Made by a program: the position numbers and the translations under genes
The notes under the pieces: model-generated
Told to the model about the DNA's origin: nothing
The model's input: only the letters and a program-made list of their open reading frames with translations
Database searches by the model: none
Shown: in pieces, positions 45,151 to 59,632 of the stretch
Layout: each line of letters begins with the position of its first letter
How positions within the stretch are numbered: the first letter of the stretch is position 1
Source: the human T2T-CHM13v2.0 reference genome, Homo sapiens
Assembly (NCBI RefSeq): GCF_009914755.1
Contig: NC_060927.1
Length of the DNA stretch: 64,000 bases
Strand: one strand, 5' to 3'

Positions 45151-46153
45151 TTGTCCACAGCAGGCTGCAGGGGGTTGAAAAATGAACTTGGAGACAGTGA
45201 TCCTAAACCACTTTTTCAAGAGAAACAAATTAGCAACTTAGGGGCCCAAGGTCAAGGGAAGATTGTCTTATAATTAAGGGGTAATGTCTTAAGGCTGAAA
45301 AAAAGCCTTTGGAAACAGAACCCAAAGAAGATAAGAGTTGAAGAGAGAAACTTAGAAAATGGAATCTGGCATGCTGGAGAAGCCAGCCTTGGAACATAGT
45401 AGAGACATTTCTAGTGTGTGCAGGCACTGTCCTTGGTGCTACAGGGGATTCAAAGAAAACACAAACAAATCCCAGGCACAGAAATTCCTAATTTTAATGT
45501 GGTCAAATTTATCATTTTTTTCTATATAATTAACAGTTTTTGCATCTTATTTAAGAAATCTTTCCATTCCAAAGTCATATATTGATCTTTCTGCATTGTA
45601 CTCTGTGTTTTATAGCTTTGCATTTATCACGTAAGTCTTTAATTGAGCCATAATTAATTTTTGTGCATGGTGTGGTGATCCAGTTTCATTTTTTCCATTC
45701 AAATTTATTTCCAGCAGCATTTATGAAAATAATCCATCCTTTCTCCACTGACTTGCATGGGTCTATTTCTAGTCTCCCTTCTGTTCCATTGGTCTGTGAT
45801 CCAACCTGTTCCAGAAAAGATAAAGGTCATATACATTTGGTATTACATTGACTTTAGCTATTATATATTTACTATTACAAACTCATTAATTTCAGTCATT
45901 TATCTGTAGATGTGGATGAAAGTTGAATTTTATTGCATGCTTTTGTATACATTTAATACATCTACGAGACAACCATGTAGCTTTTCTTTTAGATTTTAAT
46001 ATGGCAAATTATATTATTTTGATTTTCTAATATTAAACCAACTATGCACCCTGGGATATATCGAATTTGGTCATTGTAAATTATCTTGCTTTCACATTGC
46101 TGGATTTGAATTGTTAATATTTCATGTAGAATTTTGGCATCTATTTTAGTAAC

Positions 46154-46453
46154 TTTTTTTTTTTTTTTTTTTTTTTTTGAGACAGGGTCTCACTCTGTCA
46201 CCCAGGCTGGAGTGCAGTGGTGGGCTCACTGCAGCCTTGACCTCTGGGGCTCAAGTTATCCTCCCACCTCAGCCTCCCAAGTAACTGAGACTACAGGCAT
46301 ATGCTACCACGCCCAGCTAAGTTTTGCATTTTTTGTAGATACGGGGTTTCACCGTGTTGCCCAGGCTGGTCTTGAACTCCTGAGCTCAAGCGATCTCTCT
46401 GCCTCAGTCTCCCAAAGTGCTGGGATTACAGGCATGCACCACCACCTCTGACC
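46154..46453 (-). mobile_element. AluJb-like
   Basis: Reverse dimer; long poly-T. Confidence 0.93.
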
Positions 46454-46902
46454 AATTTTGATAACAGTTTTTCTATATTTTACTGTGCTTTTCAGGTTGC
46501 TGTCTCATGGTATGCCAGTCTCCAAAAATGGGTTGTGAAGAATTCCCTCTTCTTTTTCGTGGAAGAGTTTGTGGAAGATTTAAATGATCTGTTTCTTGAA
46601 ATGTAATAGAATTTGTCAAAGAATATTTTTGGGCCTGATCTTTTCTTCATGGAAAGTTTTGCTTAGTTTCTTTTTTAAAATATAGGTTTATAGGGAAACA
46701 TCTAGAGTTTCTAGTTCTTGTTGGGTTAGTCTTGGTTAGTTTTATTTTATTTTAGAAATGTCTATTTCACCTCAATTTTATCTTTCTTCCTATTGATTTC
46801 TAACTTCATGATAACTTGATCACAAAATGAGGATTGTATGTCACCAAATCCTTTGACATTGGAGCATAGATTTGTGGTCCAGCCTCTGATCAATTTTCAT
46901 GA

Positions 46903-47634
<732 letters not shown>

Positions 47635-47899
47635 CATGTTTGATGTGCTTTACAGGTCCAAGAGATCAAGCTTGTTAATTATTCTCTTCAAATCTTCTAT
47701 GATTCTTTCTTTTTTGTTTTGATCAGCTTGATTTGTAAATTACTTAGGAGTATTTTCTTTTTTTATTCTACTGATAGGTTTGTCAATTTTTCACGTTTTT
47801 CAGGCAATGTTTTGTGTTATGAGGGTATGTTGTTAGAAGCATACAGGTATAGAATTGCTTTATCTTCTTGATAAATTGGATCTTTTGTTATTAGGTAGT

Positions 47900-48577
47900 T
47901 GTATTAGTCTGTTTTCACGCTGCTATAAAGACATACCTCAGACTGGGTAATTTATAAAGAAAAGAGGGCTGGATGTGGTGGCTCACACCTGTAATCCCAG
48001 CACTGTGGGAGGACTGCTTGAGGCCAGGAGTTCAAGACCAGCCTGGCCAATGTCGTGAAACCCTGTCTCTACAAAAAAATATGAAAATTAGCCAGGCGTG
48101 GTAGTGTGCACCTATAATCCCAGCTACTTGGGAGGCTGAGGCAGGAGAATCAAACCTGAGAGATGGAGATTGCAGTGAGCTGAGATCGTGCCATTGTACT
48201 GCAGCCTGGGTGACAGAGTGAGACTCTATCTAAAAAATAAAAAAAAATAAAAATTATAAAGAAAAGAGGCTTAATTGACTCACAGTTCTGTGGGCTGTAC
48301 AGGCTTCTGCTTCTGGGGAGGCCTCAGGAAACTTAGAGTCATGGCAGAAGGTGAAGGGAAGCAAGCACGTCTTTCATGGTGGGAGCAGGAGAAAGAGAGA
48401 GACGAGAGGTGCCACACACTTTTAAAGAAGCAGATCTTGTGAGAACTCTATCATGACAACAGCAAGGGGGAAGTCCACCCCCATGATCCAATCACCTCCC
48501 ACCAGGCCCCACACCCAACATTGGGGATTACAATTCGACATGAGAATCGGGCAGAGACAAAAATCCAAACCATATCA
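47900..48577 (-). mobile_element. MSTA-like MaLR solo LTR split by an Alu
   Basis: TGTATTAGTCTGTTTTCAC ... CAAACCATATCA; perfect 5-bp TSD gtagt. Confidence 0.9.
47967..48252 (+). mobile_element. Alu (Sz/J-like)
   Basis: TSD ttataaagaaaagag. Confidence 0.93.
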
Positions 48578-48659
48578 GTAGTGATCCTCTTTAGCAATGT
48601 TTTTGGCTTTAAAGTGTATATTGTATTATGTTATTATGGATATATACCAGCTTTCTTCT

Positions 48660-49105
48660 GGTATGCTGAATATTCTCTATTTGCACCTCCCGGCTCCCTC
48701 TCTACTCCTTCCCTTTCTCCTGGTCAAGAGGTCGACAGCTGTGGACAGTGTAATCTTGGCTCCTTCATCCCTTGGCTTCTGTTTGGGGTTGGCCAATGAG
48801 GACCCCAGCAGGAGTAGAGAACAAGGAGACAAGGGAAGTTGGGGTATTTATTCCTCTGGGTCCCTTCCTGCAGTTCTGTGAGTTAGCAGTGGCTCTGCTA
48901 TAGCTTCAAGCAATTTCCTGTTTCCAGTAATTGCTCCTTTCCTGTGCTCTTTTAGGCCCAGAGATAGTAACCCAGAGGTGACAGCTGCCTACTCTTGTTG
49001 GTCTCTTGGTACTTCATCATTCCCTACTGGAACCCTTACCCCTACACACATTGGTCTTCAATTATTCTTTTGGGTATACTTTGTGTTTTCTTCTGGGACC
49101 CTGAT
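48660..49105 (+). mobile_element. LTR33-family LTR
   Basis: GGGGTTGGCCAATGAGG..CAGCAGGAG..GGGGTATTTATTCC...CTGGGACCCTGA. Confidence 0.65.
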
Positions 49106-49425
49106 TCGAATTCCATTCCTTTACTTTCACCTTCTGTGTCCTTATGTTTTAGGTGTGTTTGTTTTTAATGACATATTGCTGAATGTTTGTAAAATCCAAT
49201 TTGATAATCTTTATTTTTCAGTGAAAGACTTTAGCTACACTTTTTTATTGTGAATATATATATATATAAATATATATAAACAAAAGTGGAACAAATTATA
49301 TGTGTGTATATATAAATAATATATATATTCCACTTTTCCTCATTCCATTCCACCCACCCCTCTGCTTGGAAGTCCTGTGTTTTATGTCTATTATTTTAGT
49401 TGTTACCATTTGTATTTTATTTCAG

Positions 49426-49550
49426 TTTTTTTTTTTTTTTGGTTTTAAGGAGTGGAGAGTTTATCAGGCAAGAAAGAAGGAAGGAAGAAGAAAACAGCTC
49501 CCCTGCACAGAGACAGAGGGAGGGGGAGAATCAAACAAAGAGAAACCCCC
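49426..49550 (-). mobile_element. Polyadenylated LTR19-like fragment (retrocopy)
   Basis: Minus strand reads CCCTCCCTCTGTCTCTGTGCAGGGGAGC...CTCCTTAAAACC then A15; TSD tatttca(g/t)tttttt. Confidence 0.7.
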
Positions 49551-49974
49551 TATTTCATTTTTTTAATCCGCAGAGATGGAGCACACTATTTATATTTTAA
49601 CAAGTCTATTTAACAAAGTCTAAAGTTTATAACTATTTTGCCTTCCTTCCTAATAATACATTTATGATAGAACATTATAATTCTGATCATCCTCTCTCAT
49701 GTTACTACTCTTTTTTTTTTTGTATTTTGGTTTTATCCCATCTCTCTCCCATATTATACATATTATTGTTTTATAAGTCAATGTTTGTTTATATTTCCTT
49801 ATATATTTTCTAATATCTTTGTTCACTACCTTTATTGAATCTCAGATCTTGCATCAGGGCCCATTTTTCCTTAAGCTTGAGTCCTTTAGGGTTTTCTTTC
49901 ATTAAAGATCTATTGATGGTAAACTCATTCAGTTTTTGTTTGTTTAAAACTGACTTTAATTCTTCCTTGTTCTT

Positions 49975-50273
49975 TTCTTCTCCTTTGAGACAGATTCTTG
50001 CTCCATCATCCAGGAGGGCAGAGTGCAGTGGCATGATCTCGGCTCACTGCATCCTCTTCCTTCCTGGTTCAAGTGATTCTCATGCCTCAGCCTCCTGAGT
50101 AGCTAGCAGGGACTACAGGCACGTGCCATCATGCCTGAGTAATTGTTGTATTTTTGGTAGAGACAGGGTTTTGCCATGTTGCCAGGCTTATCTCGAACTC
50201 CTGGTCTCATGTGATCTCCCCGCCTCAGCCTCCCAAAGTGCTAGGATTACAGGTGTGAGCCACTGCATCCGGC
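49975..50273 (-). mobile_element. AluS
   Basis: Reverse dimer; TSD cttgttctttt. Confidence 0.9.
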
Positions 50274-50491
50274 CCCTTTCTTGTTCTTTTCTTTAGGCAA
50301 GAAAATCTAAGATGACAGTTATTTTCTTTCTGTGTACAATAATGATATTTTTCACTGTGTATTGACTTTCATTTTTGCTTTCGTCAATTCAACTATAATT
50401 GCCTTTTCTTTGTAGGAAATCTTTTTTCTTTCTTTTTATAACCTTTTCTTTGTATTGTGCCTTCTGAGGCTTCATTGATTTGTTTCAGTGA

Positions 50492-50857
<366 letters not shown>

Positions 50858-51739
50858 TGACAGTTCTGGAAAATTCTCAGCCATATTTTCCTTAAGTAGT
50901 ACTTCCTCCCCCTTCTATTAATTCTTCCTGGAGCTCTAACTGGACACATGGGGGACCCTCTAGACTATCCTCTAAGCTTTCAAACCACTATTTTATGTTT
51001 CTGTCTCTTTGTCTCTCTCAGATGCATTCTGGTTCGTATTTTCAAAGTTGTCTTATTTTCTCCATTCTGGTTCATATTTTCAAAATTGACTTATTTCCTT
51101 AACCACATAAAATATTGTTATTTTTTAAAAGTATCGTATAGTTCCAATATTGGCAGTCTTTATGGGGATGACTATATATTCTATTGTTTTTCCTGGCTCT
51201 CATTTGCAATACAGTGTTTCTGTGTGTGGCGTTTTATACTGTGAGCTGTTCATTTTCCTTGGAAATTTACGAGAATTTTTTGAAGCCTGGGATGATGATG
51301 TTACTCCAGTGAGGATTTGTGTTTGCTTCTTCCATTTGCCTTGGCATACTGCTAACCCAGGAGTAACTTTAAATTAACTTCTATACTTGAGGGATGTGTG
51401 TGTGTGGTGTTGTGTTTACCACATAGTTAGTATGAATTTGGACCACAAGCCTATGTGAGAGCTAGTCTGTGATAGTGAATTATAAAAACAAAAACAATTT
51501 CCCTTCATGCAGTGTCAAGGATGAAACAGGCAAATTTACTTTATTACCTCTGTTTGTTTCTCATTCATCCTTATAGAGAAGGGTATAATTAGATTCCTCA
51601 ACTTTGGTGGTCCTAGAGTTTTCTTCTCTCATCCACATTCCTATAACTTTGAATACCAATGCTTCCTTTCCATTTAGGGCACTGCCTCATTTCAAATATT
51701 TATTGCCCTTTTATAATACTACTATAACAGCGACTTTAT

Positions 51740-52352
51740 TTGTTTCTTGGTCTCCAATCCATTCCCCCTCAACCCCATTTTTACATTACCATCCTGGTGA
51801 TCTTTCTAAAATACAAAATAGATAATATGATCATCAAATGGACAGAAAGGAGACATTTGGCATGCAAGGAACTTCACAAACTGGAGATTGGAGCTTCATT
51901 CACAGTAAAATCTCCAGCCACTTCCTCTACCCCCTGTATTCTATACTTAAGCTGTCCTAGATTATTCATTATTTTTGGAACATTTCATGCACATTAGCAT
52001 GTTTTTGCCTTTGCACATGCTGTGATCCCATCTAGGACACCACTGAACCTCATGATTTGAACTAGGATGAGGCAGGTAAGGTGTCTAGGGTGCAGAATTT
52101 AAGGAGGCACTCATGCTCAGGTTAATGCAAATTAGGTATTGCTTCTGCCTAAAGAGGTGCCTAATGCAATGGTCAAAGCCAAGCTTATAGGTTACCTGTT
52201 TATCTTCTTAAAACAGGGGTGTAAATTGTGTTAAATACCATATCTCATGAGGACAGGAACTATGCTCGTTTACTACTGTATCTTGATTGTCTAGAATAGT
52301 ATATAGCAGATGCTCAATAAACATTTGGTGAATGAATGAATGACTGAGTGAG
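51740..52352 (+). mobile_element. L2 fragments
   Basis: GTGATCTTTCTAAAA; CCTTTGCACATGCTGT; GCTCAATAAACATTTGGTGAATGAATGAATG. Confidence 0.7.
52060..52125 (+). mobile_element. MER91-like hAT fragment
   Basis: GAGGCAGGTAAGG..CTAGGGTGCAGAATTTAAGGAGGCACTCA. Confidence 0.6.
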
Positions 52353-52614
52353 TAGATTCTGAGTTTCTTGATGGCAGAGAATGTCGTATTCTTCTGTTCC
52401 CTGTCTTCTTATAATTCACTTATATTAGACTCCTAAAAGATGTTTGTTATTTGAATAAATGGAAGGAGGGCCTGCGTAGCCCTATTTAGGCACTTGGAAG
52501 AGTCTGGGTGAATGGTGGACCTTCCCCTAGTACCCACACATTGCTTGCTGACAGCCCCTTCCTCCTGAGGTTTTCTAGCAGGGCATAGGTGCAGTTGGGC
52601 TAAGACTACCAAAG

Positions 52615-52775
52615 CTGGCCAGCCATAAATCACCTGAAAGCATCTAATATACATGAATTCTTTAGCCCCTCTCCCAGAGAGTCTGATTCCATTTTCCTGA
52701 GACAAAATCCAGGAATCTGCATTTGTATAAATTCTCTGAGTGGTTCCAGTAATCAGTAAAGTTTGGGGACCAAGA
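52615..52775 (+). mobile_element. MER5-family MITE
   Basis: AATCACCTG...TCTGATTC...CCAGGAATCTGCATTT. Confidence 0.65.
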
Positions 52776-52883
52776 CACTAGGGCACTAACAATCTAATTT
52801 TATTTTTCTAGATATTCATACAGCTATTTTAAAGTGATTGCTGTAATGATTTCAGGATCCTGAATGTTTTTAAAAATACTTAC

Positions 52884-53042
52884 ACATCTGCAAATGTTTC
52901 TTAAATATGCCACAAGACATCCGGAAAGTATGGATTAGAAGGAGAAGACACAACCACAAATATCATATTTGTGAGGTTCAAATCTGATCTGTTTCTTTTC
53001 TGTCTTCTATAAGCTTCAAGTGCCATCCCAGAGGAAACTGTC
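52884..53042 (-). other. Candidate non-coding exon (159 nt)
   Basis: Minus-strand pyrimidine tract plus tttag|G acceptor; T|gtaagt donor; stops in all three frames. Confidence 0.3.
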
Positions 53043-53889
53043 CTAAATAGATGGACTGGAGAGTGTTGACCAGTGAAGAAAGCAGACAGGAGGAGAAAAA
53101 TAGAACTTAAAATAATTCTAGTCTCTACGGAACATAACTTCCTCATTGGAGAATGAATTCTATAAATAATTGAGATAGCTGATGGAACAAATAGCTGAAA
53201 GAAAAACATACGCACTTAGCGTGAGCCTCAAGCTGCTCCTCAATCCTTCGGTGACGTTTAGATCTGAGAAGCATGTCTTAGGCATTTTGAAATAATGGAT
53301 GTCATGGAGGCGTTCTGTTCAGACATTAAAAATAATCCACTCCCTTAGAAATAAACATTTAACCTAAGCCATGAGGAATTCTCAGTGAGAGACAGAAATA
53401 GCTTCTGTAGTCCCCATTGCTCTTTAATTTCTATTTCTGCCATTTCATTCTTCATCATTTCTATGCAGTTCACTTTGTCTGTTTATTTAAAATGTGATTC
53501 CAGACGACAGGCAACAGTCCCAGTGTTCTCAGTCTTGCACAGCCCTTTCCGCCTTGAGAAACAGAAATTATATAACTTGTTTTCAATTGTGCAGACTGGG
53601 GAGGATTCACATGTTCAGTTTGGTGAGCTTCCAGGAAATAATTTTAAAGTGTTTATCTGAAGTTTATCCAGACTTTCTTGATCTAGAAGTTAGACAGGAA
53701 ACCTAGCAGAGAATGGAAAGAAACTAGGCTCTGAAGAGCGGTCACTATAAGTGTAGACTGATTCAGCCAGGACAGTGCTGAGCTGGGATGCCCCCCAGTA
53801 TTCACACGTTGGAACGTGAAAGGCCTGATTCTAGGACTTATGCGATTTGGAAACTATGTTCATATTAGTGTATGCTACCATTTACTATT

Positions 53890-54415
53890 GTTCATTGCTC
53901 TGGTTACTACGGCTGTGTAACAAACTACCCAACATGTCATAGTATAAACCATTTTATTTTGCTCATGATTTTGTGGGCCAGTCCTCTAGAAGGGGCTTTG
54001 CTGAGTGGTTCTTGTTGGGGTTGCAGTCTGATGTTAAGTATCTGAAGGCTTTCTTGGGCTGGATGTAAAGCTGGCTTACTCATGTGGCCAGCTGGCAATT
54101 TACGTTGCCTGTCCACTGGGAGCTCCATGGGGGTTGTTGCCTGGAGCACCTGCAGGCGGTCGCTCCATCACGGTTATGTTAGGTTAGTCAGGCTGCTGGT
54201 GTGGGAGTTGACTCCTCCCAGAGCAGGGGTTCCAAGAGACCAGGCAGCTCTGAAAGGCTTTTTTTTTGCCCCAGCCTTGGAGATCACTCCTATCATACTC
54301 TACTGCTTAAAGCAGTCATAAGCCCACCCAAAGTCAATAGGAGAAGGGATATATTTCACTTCTAATGGGAGTAGTGTGAGGGATTTATGGCCATTAAAAA
54401 AAACAACCATCACAC
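53890..54415 (-). mobile_element. MLT1H-like LTR
   Basis: GCTGTGTAACAAACTACCCAA..CATTTTATTTTGCTCATGATTTTGTGGG. Confidence 0.75.
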
Positions 54416-54444
54416 TCACATAATACCAAACATTAAATAAAACA

Positions 54445-54605
54445 TGTATGTTACTTAATCTTCACAAAAACCCTATAAATAGGTATCATTTTATTCAAGT
54501 TTTCCAGATGAGGAAATCTAGATTCATGGAGGTTAAGTAATTTTTCCTAAGTCACACAGGTAAAAAGTGGTTGAGATGGTAGGTGAACATACAGCTGTCT
54601 CCAAA
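54445..54605 (-). mobile_element. MIR
   Basis: TAATCTTCACAAAAACCCTAT..CAGATGAGGAAA..GGTTAAGTAA. Confidence 0.75.
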
Positions 54606-55179
54606 TGTCTACTCTCTCTGTTAAGCTGTATGATGTTTTAAAGAGTCAAACTTTGTCTCAAATCTTAGTCATTGCAGCTGTTCTAGGCAATTGGAAAATT
54701 CCACCCCATATAGAATGTAGGCACATGAAATGCCAATTGGAGCCTCTTGTCAGTCCCTTCAAAATGAGGAACATTCGTTCATTGGAGGTTGTGGCAAAAT
54801 TAGAATTAGAATCTCGTGTGTTACTGAGGGGGTCACAATGCTGAGGCTGAACAAATGAGAAACAGATGGTTGGAGGAGAGTCCTATAGCAAAGGTATATA
54901 CTGTTCGTTGGCCAGGCGAGTGTGAGCCAAGTGCCCATGTGGACAGATGGAGACACACAGAGTGTTTTTGGGCCTATGTAGCTGAGAGCAGAAGCCGTCC
55001 TCCAGGACCCAGAGACAGGGAGGGAGGAGAGTAGAGCAGAGCTGAATCCTCAGATGAGAGCAGTGGGCAGAAGCCAGGGGAGGGCCTCATAGAGCTCTAG
55101 TTTAAGCACAAAGAGTTGAGGGCAAAGAGGGGGAAGACATTCCCTTTTTCTTGCTTTACCCCTTCCTCTCTTCTCTCCA

Positions 55180-55790
55180 CGGACATTTATGAAATGTTTC
55201 TAGAAAGGGTCATAGGTCCTGGAGATAGAGTGGTGGACTAGCTGGATACCCCTGCCCTCTGGGAGCTTACAGTCTAGATGGGGAGGGGAGTCATTAATAA
55301 TTACACACTAAGGATCTAGTTACCATTATGATAAGCAGTGGCAGAGACTTCTAATTGCCCCCATCCCCGTTTACCCTCTTCTTTTCAGTAACACGGGGCA
55401 TCCTGGAGCAGGAGCAGGGCAGGCAGTTGGAGAGGGCAGTGTAGTTCCCAGCCTCCCTTACAGCTAGGAGTGGCCACGCCAATCAGCTCAGGCTCATAGA
55501 AGTGATGGGCACCACATCCAGGTCCCAGCCTTACAATGAAAACTGGCTCCCCTCTATGTTTTTCCTTCTCCTTTCTCACTGGCAGGTAAATGGTAACAAT
55601 TTAAGCAGACAACTGACATAGAGATGTGACAAGGCTATGTTGGGTGTGGCCTTGCCAACATTGGCCCCACCCCACTGTTGTTATTATGACAGATTAGCTT
55701 TTACCCTAGACGAATACGACAGTATCCCTGTGAAAAAGTACAGTGTGCCATCAGGACATATGACTAGGGAGGTTACCTGATCAAGGGCTG
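55180..55790 (-). mobile_element. L2 fragment split by MLT1J
   Basis: CCCTGCCCTCTGGGAGCTTACAGTCTAG; TGTGAAAAAGTACAG. Confidence 0.55.
55337..55700 (+). mobile_element. MLT1J-like LTR
   Basis: GTGGCAGAGAC..TTCCCAGCCTCCCTTACAGCTAGG..TAGAAGTGATG. Confidence 0.55.
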
Positions 55791-55935
55791 TTTAGAGTGA
55801 CTAGATTCTGTCCTGTGTAACTGAGAGCAATACAAAGAGTTGGCAAAACATAGATTATAATTGTTTCTTTTACTACTTGCTTTCAAAATGTCTTCTGGCT
55901 AAAGCCCTTTTATTGCAGACAAAAAAGGACTAAAT

Positions 55936-56129
55936 TAGAATTTCCAGATAAAATATAGGATGCCCAGTTAAATTTGAATTTCAGACAAACAACAAATCGT
56001 TTTTTTTTTTAGAATAAATGTTCCACGTAATACTTGGGACATAGTTACATTAAAATGTTTTCATTGTTTATCTGAGTTCAGATTTAGCAAGGTATCCTGT
56101 ATTTTTATTTGCTAAGTCTGGCAACTGCA
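55936..56129 (+). mobile_element. MER53 palindromic MITE, intact
   Basis: CCAGATAAAATATAGGATGCCCAGTTAAATTTGAATTTCAGA...TCCTGTATTTTTATTTGCTAAGTCTGGCAAC. Confidence 0.9.
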
Positions 56130-56651
56130 GCCCGCTAAACTCTTTCTTCTTAAGATTTATTTATCTTTATATTGGCAATGCCTGGCATATAGTAGAAACT
56201 CCATAAAAATTAAGCCTCTGAGATAACAATGGTAAATCACTGAAAGATCATCTGAAATGTAAAGCCAATAAAGGCTGAGGGTTGTGCATTCTTTCAATGG
56301 TTTTAATTTGCCGTGATTAAAGATACTTCGAGTTTCTGTTTTTCTACAGATCATCTCAGATTATCTGTCGATTCAGATAATCTTAAAAAATTCCAATAAT
56401 GCTCATATCTTCCAATATCACCTGGGGACTAAAGGATTCTACATTTATTCTACAGATAATGGACACTTAATTGTTTTATTTTATCCTTTAAATTTGTATT
56501 TTTTGCCATGAACACTCTACCACTGGAGAAGCTTAATCCTTTTAATGCTTCCAATTTAAAAGTTGTATACATTTTTTTAAAAATGGAAATCTTTAAAAAA
56601 TATGACCCTTAATTTTCTGCTTCTTAAGCAGCATCAGACAAATTGGTAGAC

Positions 56652-56806
56652 TTTATTTTTTATTATTTATTTTTAGAGACAGGGTCCCACTCTGTCACCC
56701 ATCTGGAGTGCAGTGGTGCAATCATAGCTCACTACAGCCTTGAACTCTTCTGCCCTTTTGCCTCAGCCTCCCTAACTGTTGAAATTACAGGTGTGTGAGC
56801 CCAGCC
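56652..56806 (-). mobile_element. FRAM / Alu right monomer
   Basis: GCAATCATAGCTCACTACAGCC monomer with degenerate TSD. Confidence 0.8.
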
Positions 56807-59039
56807 AAGTTGGCTGACTTTAGATCAAAATTTATGATCTTTCTCCTTGCCTAATCTCCTGCCATAATCTTTGGTGATTTTGATGTTCCTCCTGGTGGCT
56901 CTTCTTAACACCTGAAGCCCCAGCTCTATGTCTCCTGTCCCTATGCCCTCCATGGCATCAATCTCATCATCACTTGAAATGGAACCACTCCCAGGATCTA
57001 AAACTTGGAATTGTCCTCTTAACCATGGCCTATTTTCCCCTTCTGTCATGTCCTCACTTCTGCTGGCTATTCTTTGCATTCACATTGTAACTTCTTGACT
57101 TTTGGCCCTTTCCTGTGTACTAGCTCATTACCTTTCCTGCCACTGTGCCAAGTCAGCCATTCATTGATGACACAGTGCCCAGGCCTGGCTATCTCACTTG
57201 TGACTTTGCTGGAGAAAGGCATGAGACTAGAGAGTGGTTACACCACACAGGCTTGCTTTTGATGCTTAGGGAGAATTTACTGGTGTCTAGTGGTCTTTCA
57301 TAAGCACTTGATGCCATATTGATTTATTCTCAGTGAATTTTCCAAACCTTTTCTAATTTCTGTAACCATCAATCAAAACTTTGTCCTGACCCTCCTTTGT
57401 CTACCTTCTCCCTCCAATACCTATTACTCCCCGGAATCAGCTACTACTTCTAAGCAGATGACCCTTATATTTCTGTCACTGGTTTCAACCTCTCTGCCAA
57501 GATGAAAATTCATTTCTGCCATCTTTCTATTTTTATTCCTCAAATCAGCTACTTCTCTTTACTTCCCAATTTCTGTTAATGGAGGTGTTTAATGGGCATC
57601 ACTTTCAGGGTGTAAACCAAGAGTTATTTTTATAACTTATTGTTTCTTTTAACTTCTGAACAAGTAAGTGGTCCATCTTCTGCCAGGGGGTAGAGGAGGC
57701 TGATAACTCCTCTACTCATTCTCAGATAATAGAAAGCTTGTCACAAGACACAGTCTTGTTACAGAAATTAGAATGTCCAGTCTAAGACCTTAACATATCA
57801 GTTTTCATTAAGCACTTCTTTGTCCGACGAGGGCTAGCTGTAGGGGCCAGGGGAGCATTCCTTTGGGGGTAAGGGTATGATCAGCTTCTACTTTTCTCTC
57901 ACCGCCTCCTAGACTCCCCAGCTGCGGCTCCTGAATCCACCAACACTGAAGAGACTAGAAATACGTAAGGAAAGGTACATTTTCACTTAATAGACATTAC
58001 CATGAGATGGCTTCATGCTTTCTGGGCTGGGCGGATGTTTACATTTGGCTCTTTTTTTTGTGGGCACTGCTGTGGGCTCTTTGCAAATCCCATTCTGGCA
58101 CCTCTATGACCCCTAGGAGGTGAATGATGCCTCTCCATCAATGGCAGCTGCTGATACCCAAGGATATTCTGACACCAAGGTATTAATACATTCTCCAGGC
58201 TATTATTGCTGGGCTCCCCTGGCCTGGAAGGCCATTCTCTAGGGCAAAATCCCTTTTATAATAGCCCCAGGCTCATGTTCCTGCTGCAGGTTCCACATCT
58301 GATCCCCAGGATCCCATGTCTTTGATATGAGGAAAGTTTAATTACTACCCAGCTATGGCTCTTTAGTCTGTAGCCAAAGAATGCTCTAGTTTTCTCAGGC
58401 AGACTCTGAACCATGTCAAAGTGTCTGAGCAGTGCCTACAAAGGCCCTGTTACTGGGTTAGGCTGAAGGGAAAGTTTCTCTTATACCTTCCCTTAGATGG
58501 CTGGCTACTACTCACAGCAAGGCTTCTTCCAAATACATTCTCACAAATTTTTCTCAGATTTCAACTCTCTTGAGTCTTTTATGTCCTTGAACTGAATGAG
58601 GATCCCCAAGAGGTGTATAACTGATTCTCCAGCATTTCACTTGAAAATTTGCATTTCCTATCAGCTAAATTAATTTGTGTTTGTATTTAGCTGGTCTGTC
58701 TCACACATCTCTGTTGGTATCTAGTTTCTCTCATATCTTGGGGCCTCAATCAAAACTTCTAATTTAACATCTGGTTTCACATGCCTTCCTCTGCCATGCT
58801 GGTTTGAACTCTGACTCATCTTTGAGTCATCCTTCTTTCTTAACTCCCACATCCAGTTAGTTAATAAATTCTACTGATTTTTATGTTTCAAACCCTCCTT
58901 TTCTCTCTCACTGCCAGCACTCTGCTTCAGACTTTCATTATCCCTTGTACATTGGCTTAGTGGCAAGGTGATGGTATGACTAGGTGAGTAAGTGTTTGTG
59001 CTCTGGATCCAGTTTGGCTGGGTTTCAATCCAGCTACAC

Positions 59040-59386
<347 letters not shown>

Positions 59387-59632
59387 TAAACCACTTATTA
59401 GCTTTGCAATCTTGGCTAAAGTTATTGAATTTCTCTAAGCTTCAGTTTTGTCTGCAAAATGAGGATAATAATTTTTTCATAGGAATGTGTAAGAGTTGCA
59501 TGTAGTAATAAAAGTAGAATCCCTTGAACATCACAAAATAATGTTGGAAATATGATCCCTATCATAATTATTTTTGAATTGTTTTCTCCATGTTTAGTCT
59601 TATTCCTTCAATCCAATGCAGACACTACTATC

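Noticed and set aside
56358-56383. 10-bp hairpin agattatctg/cagataatct
   Set aside because: Too short to imply function
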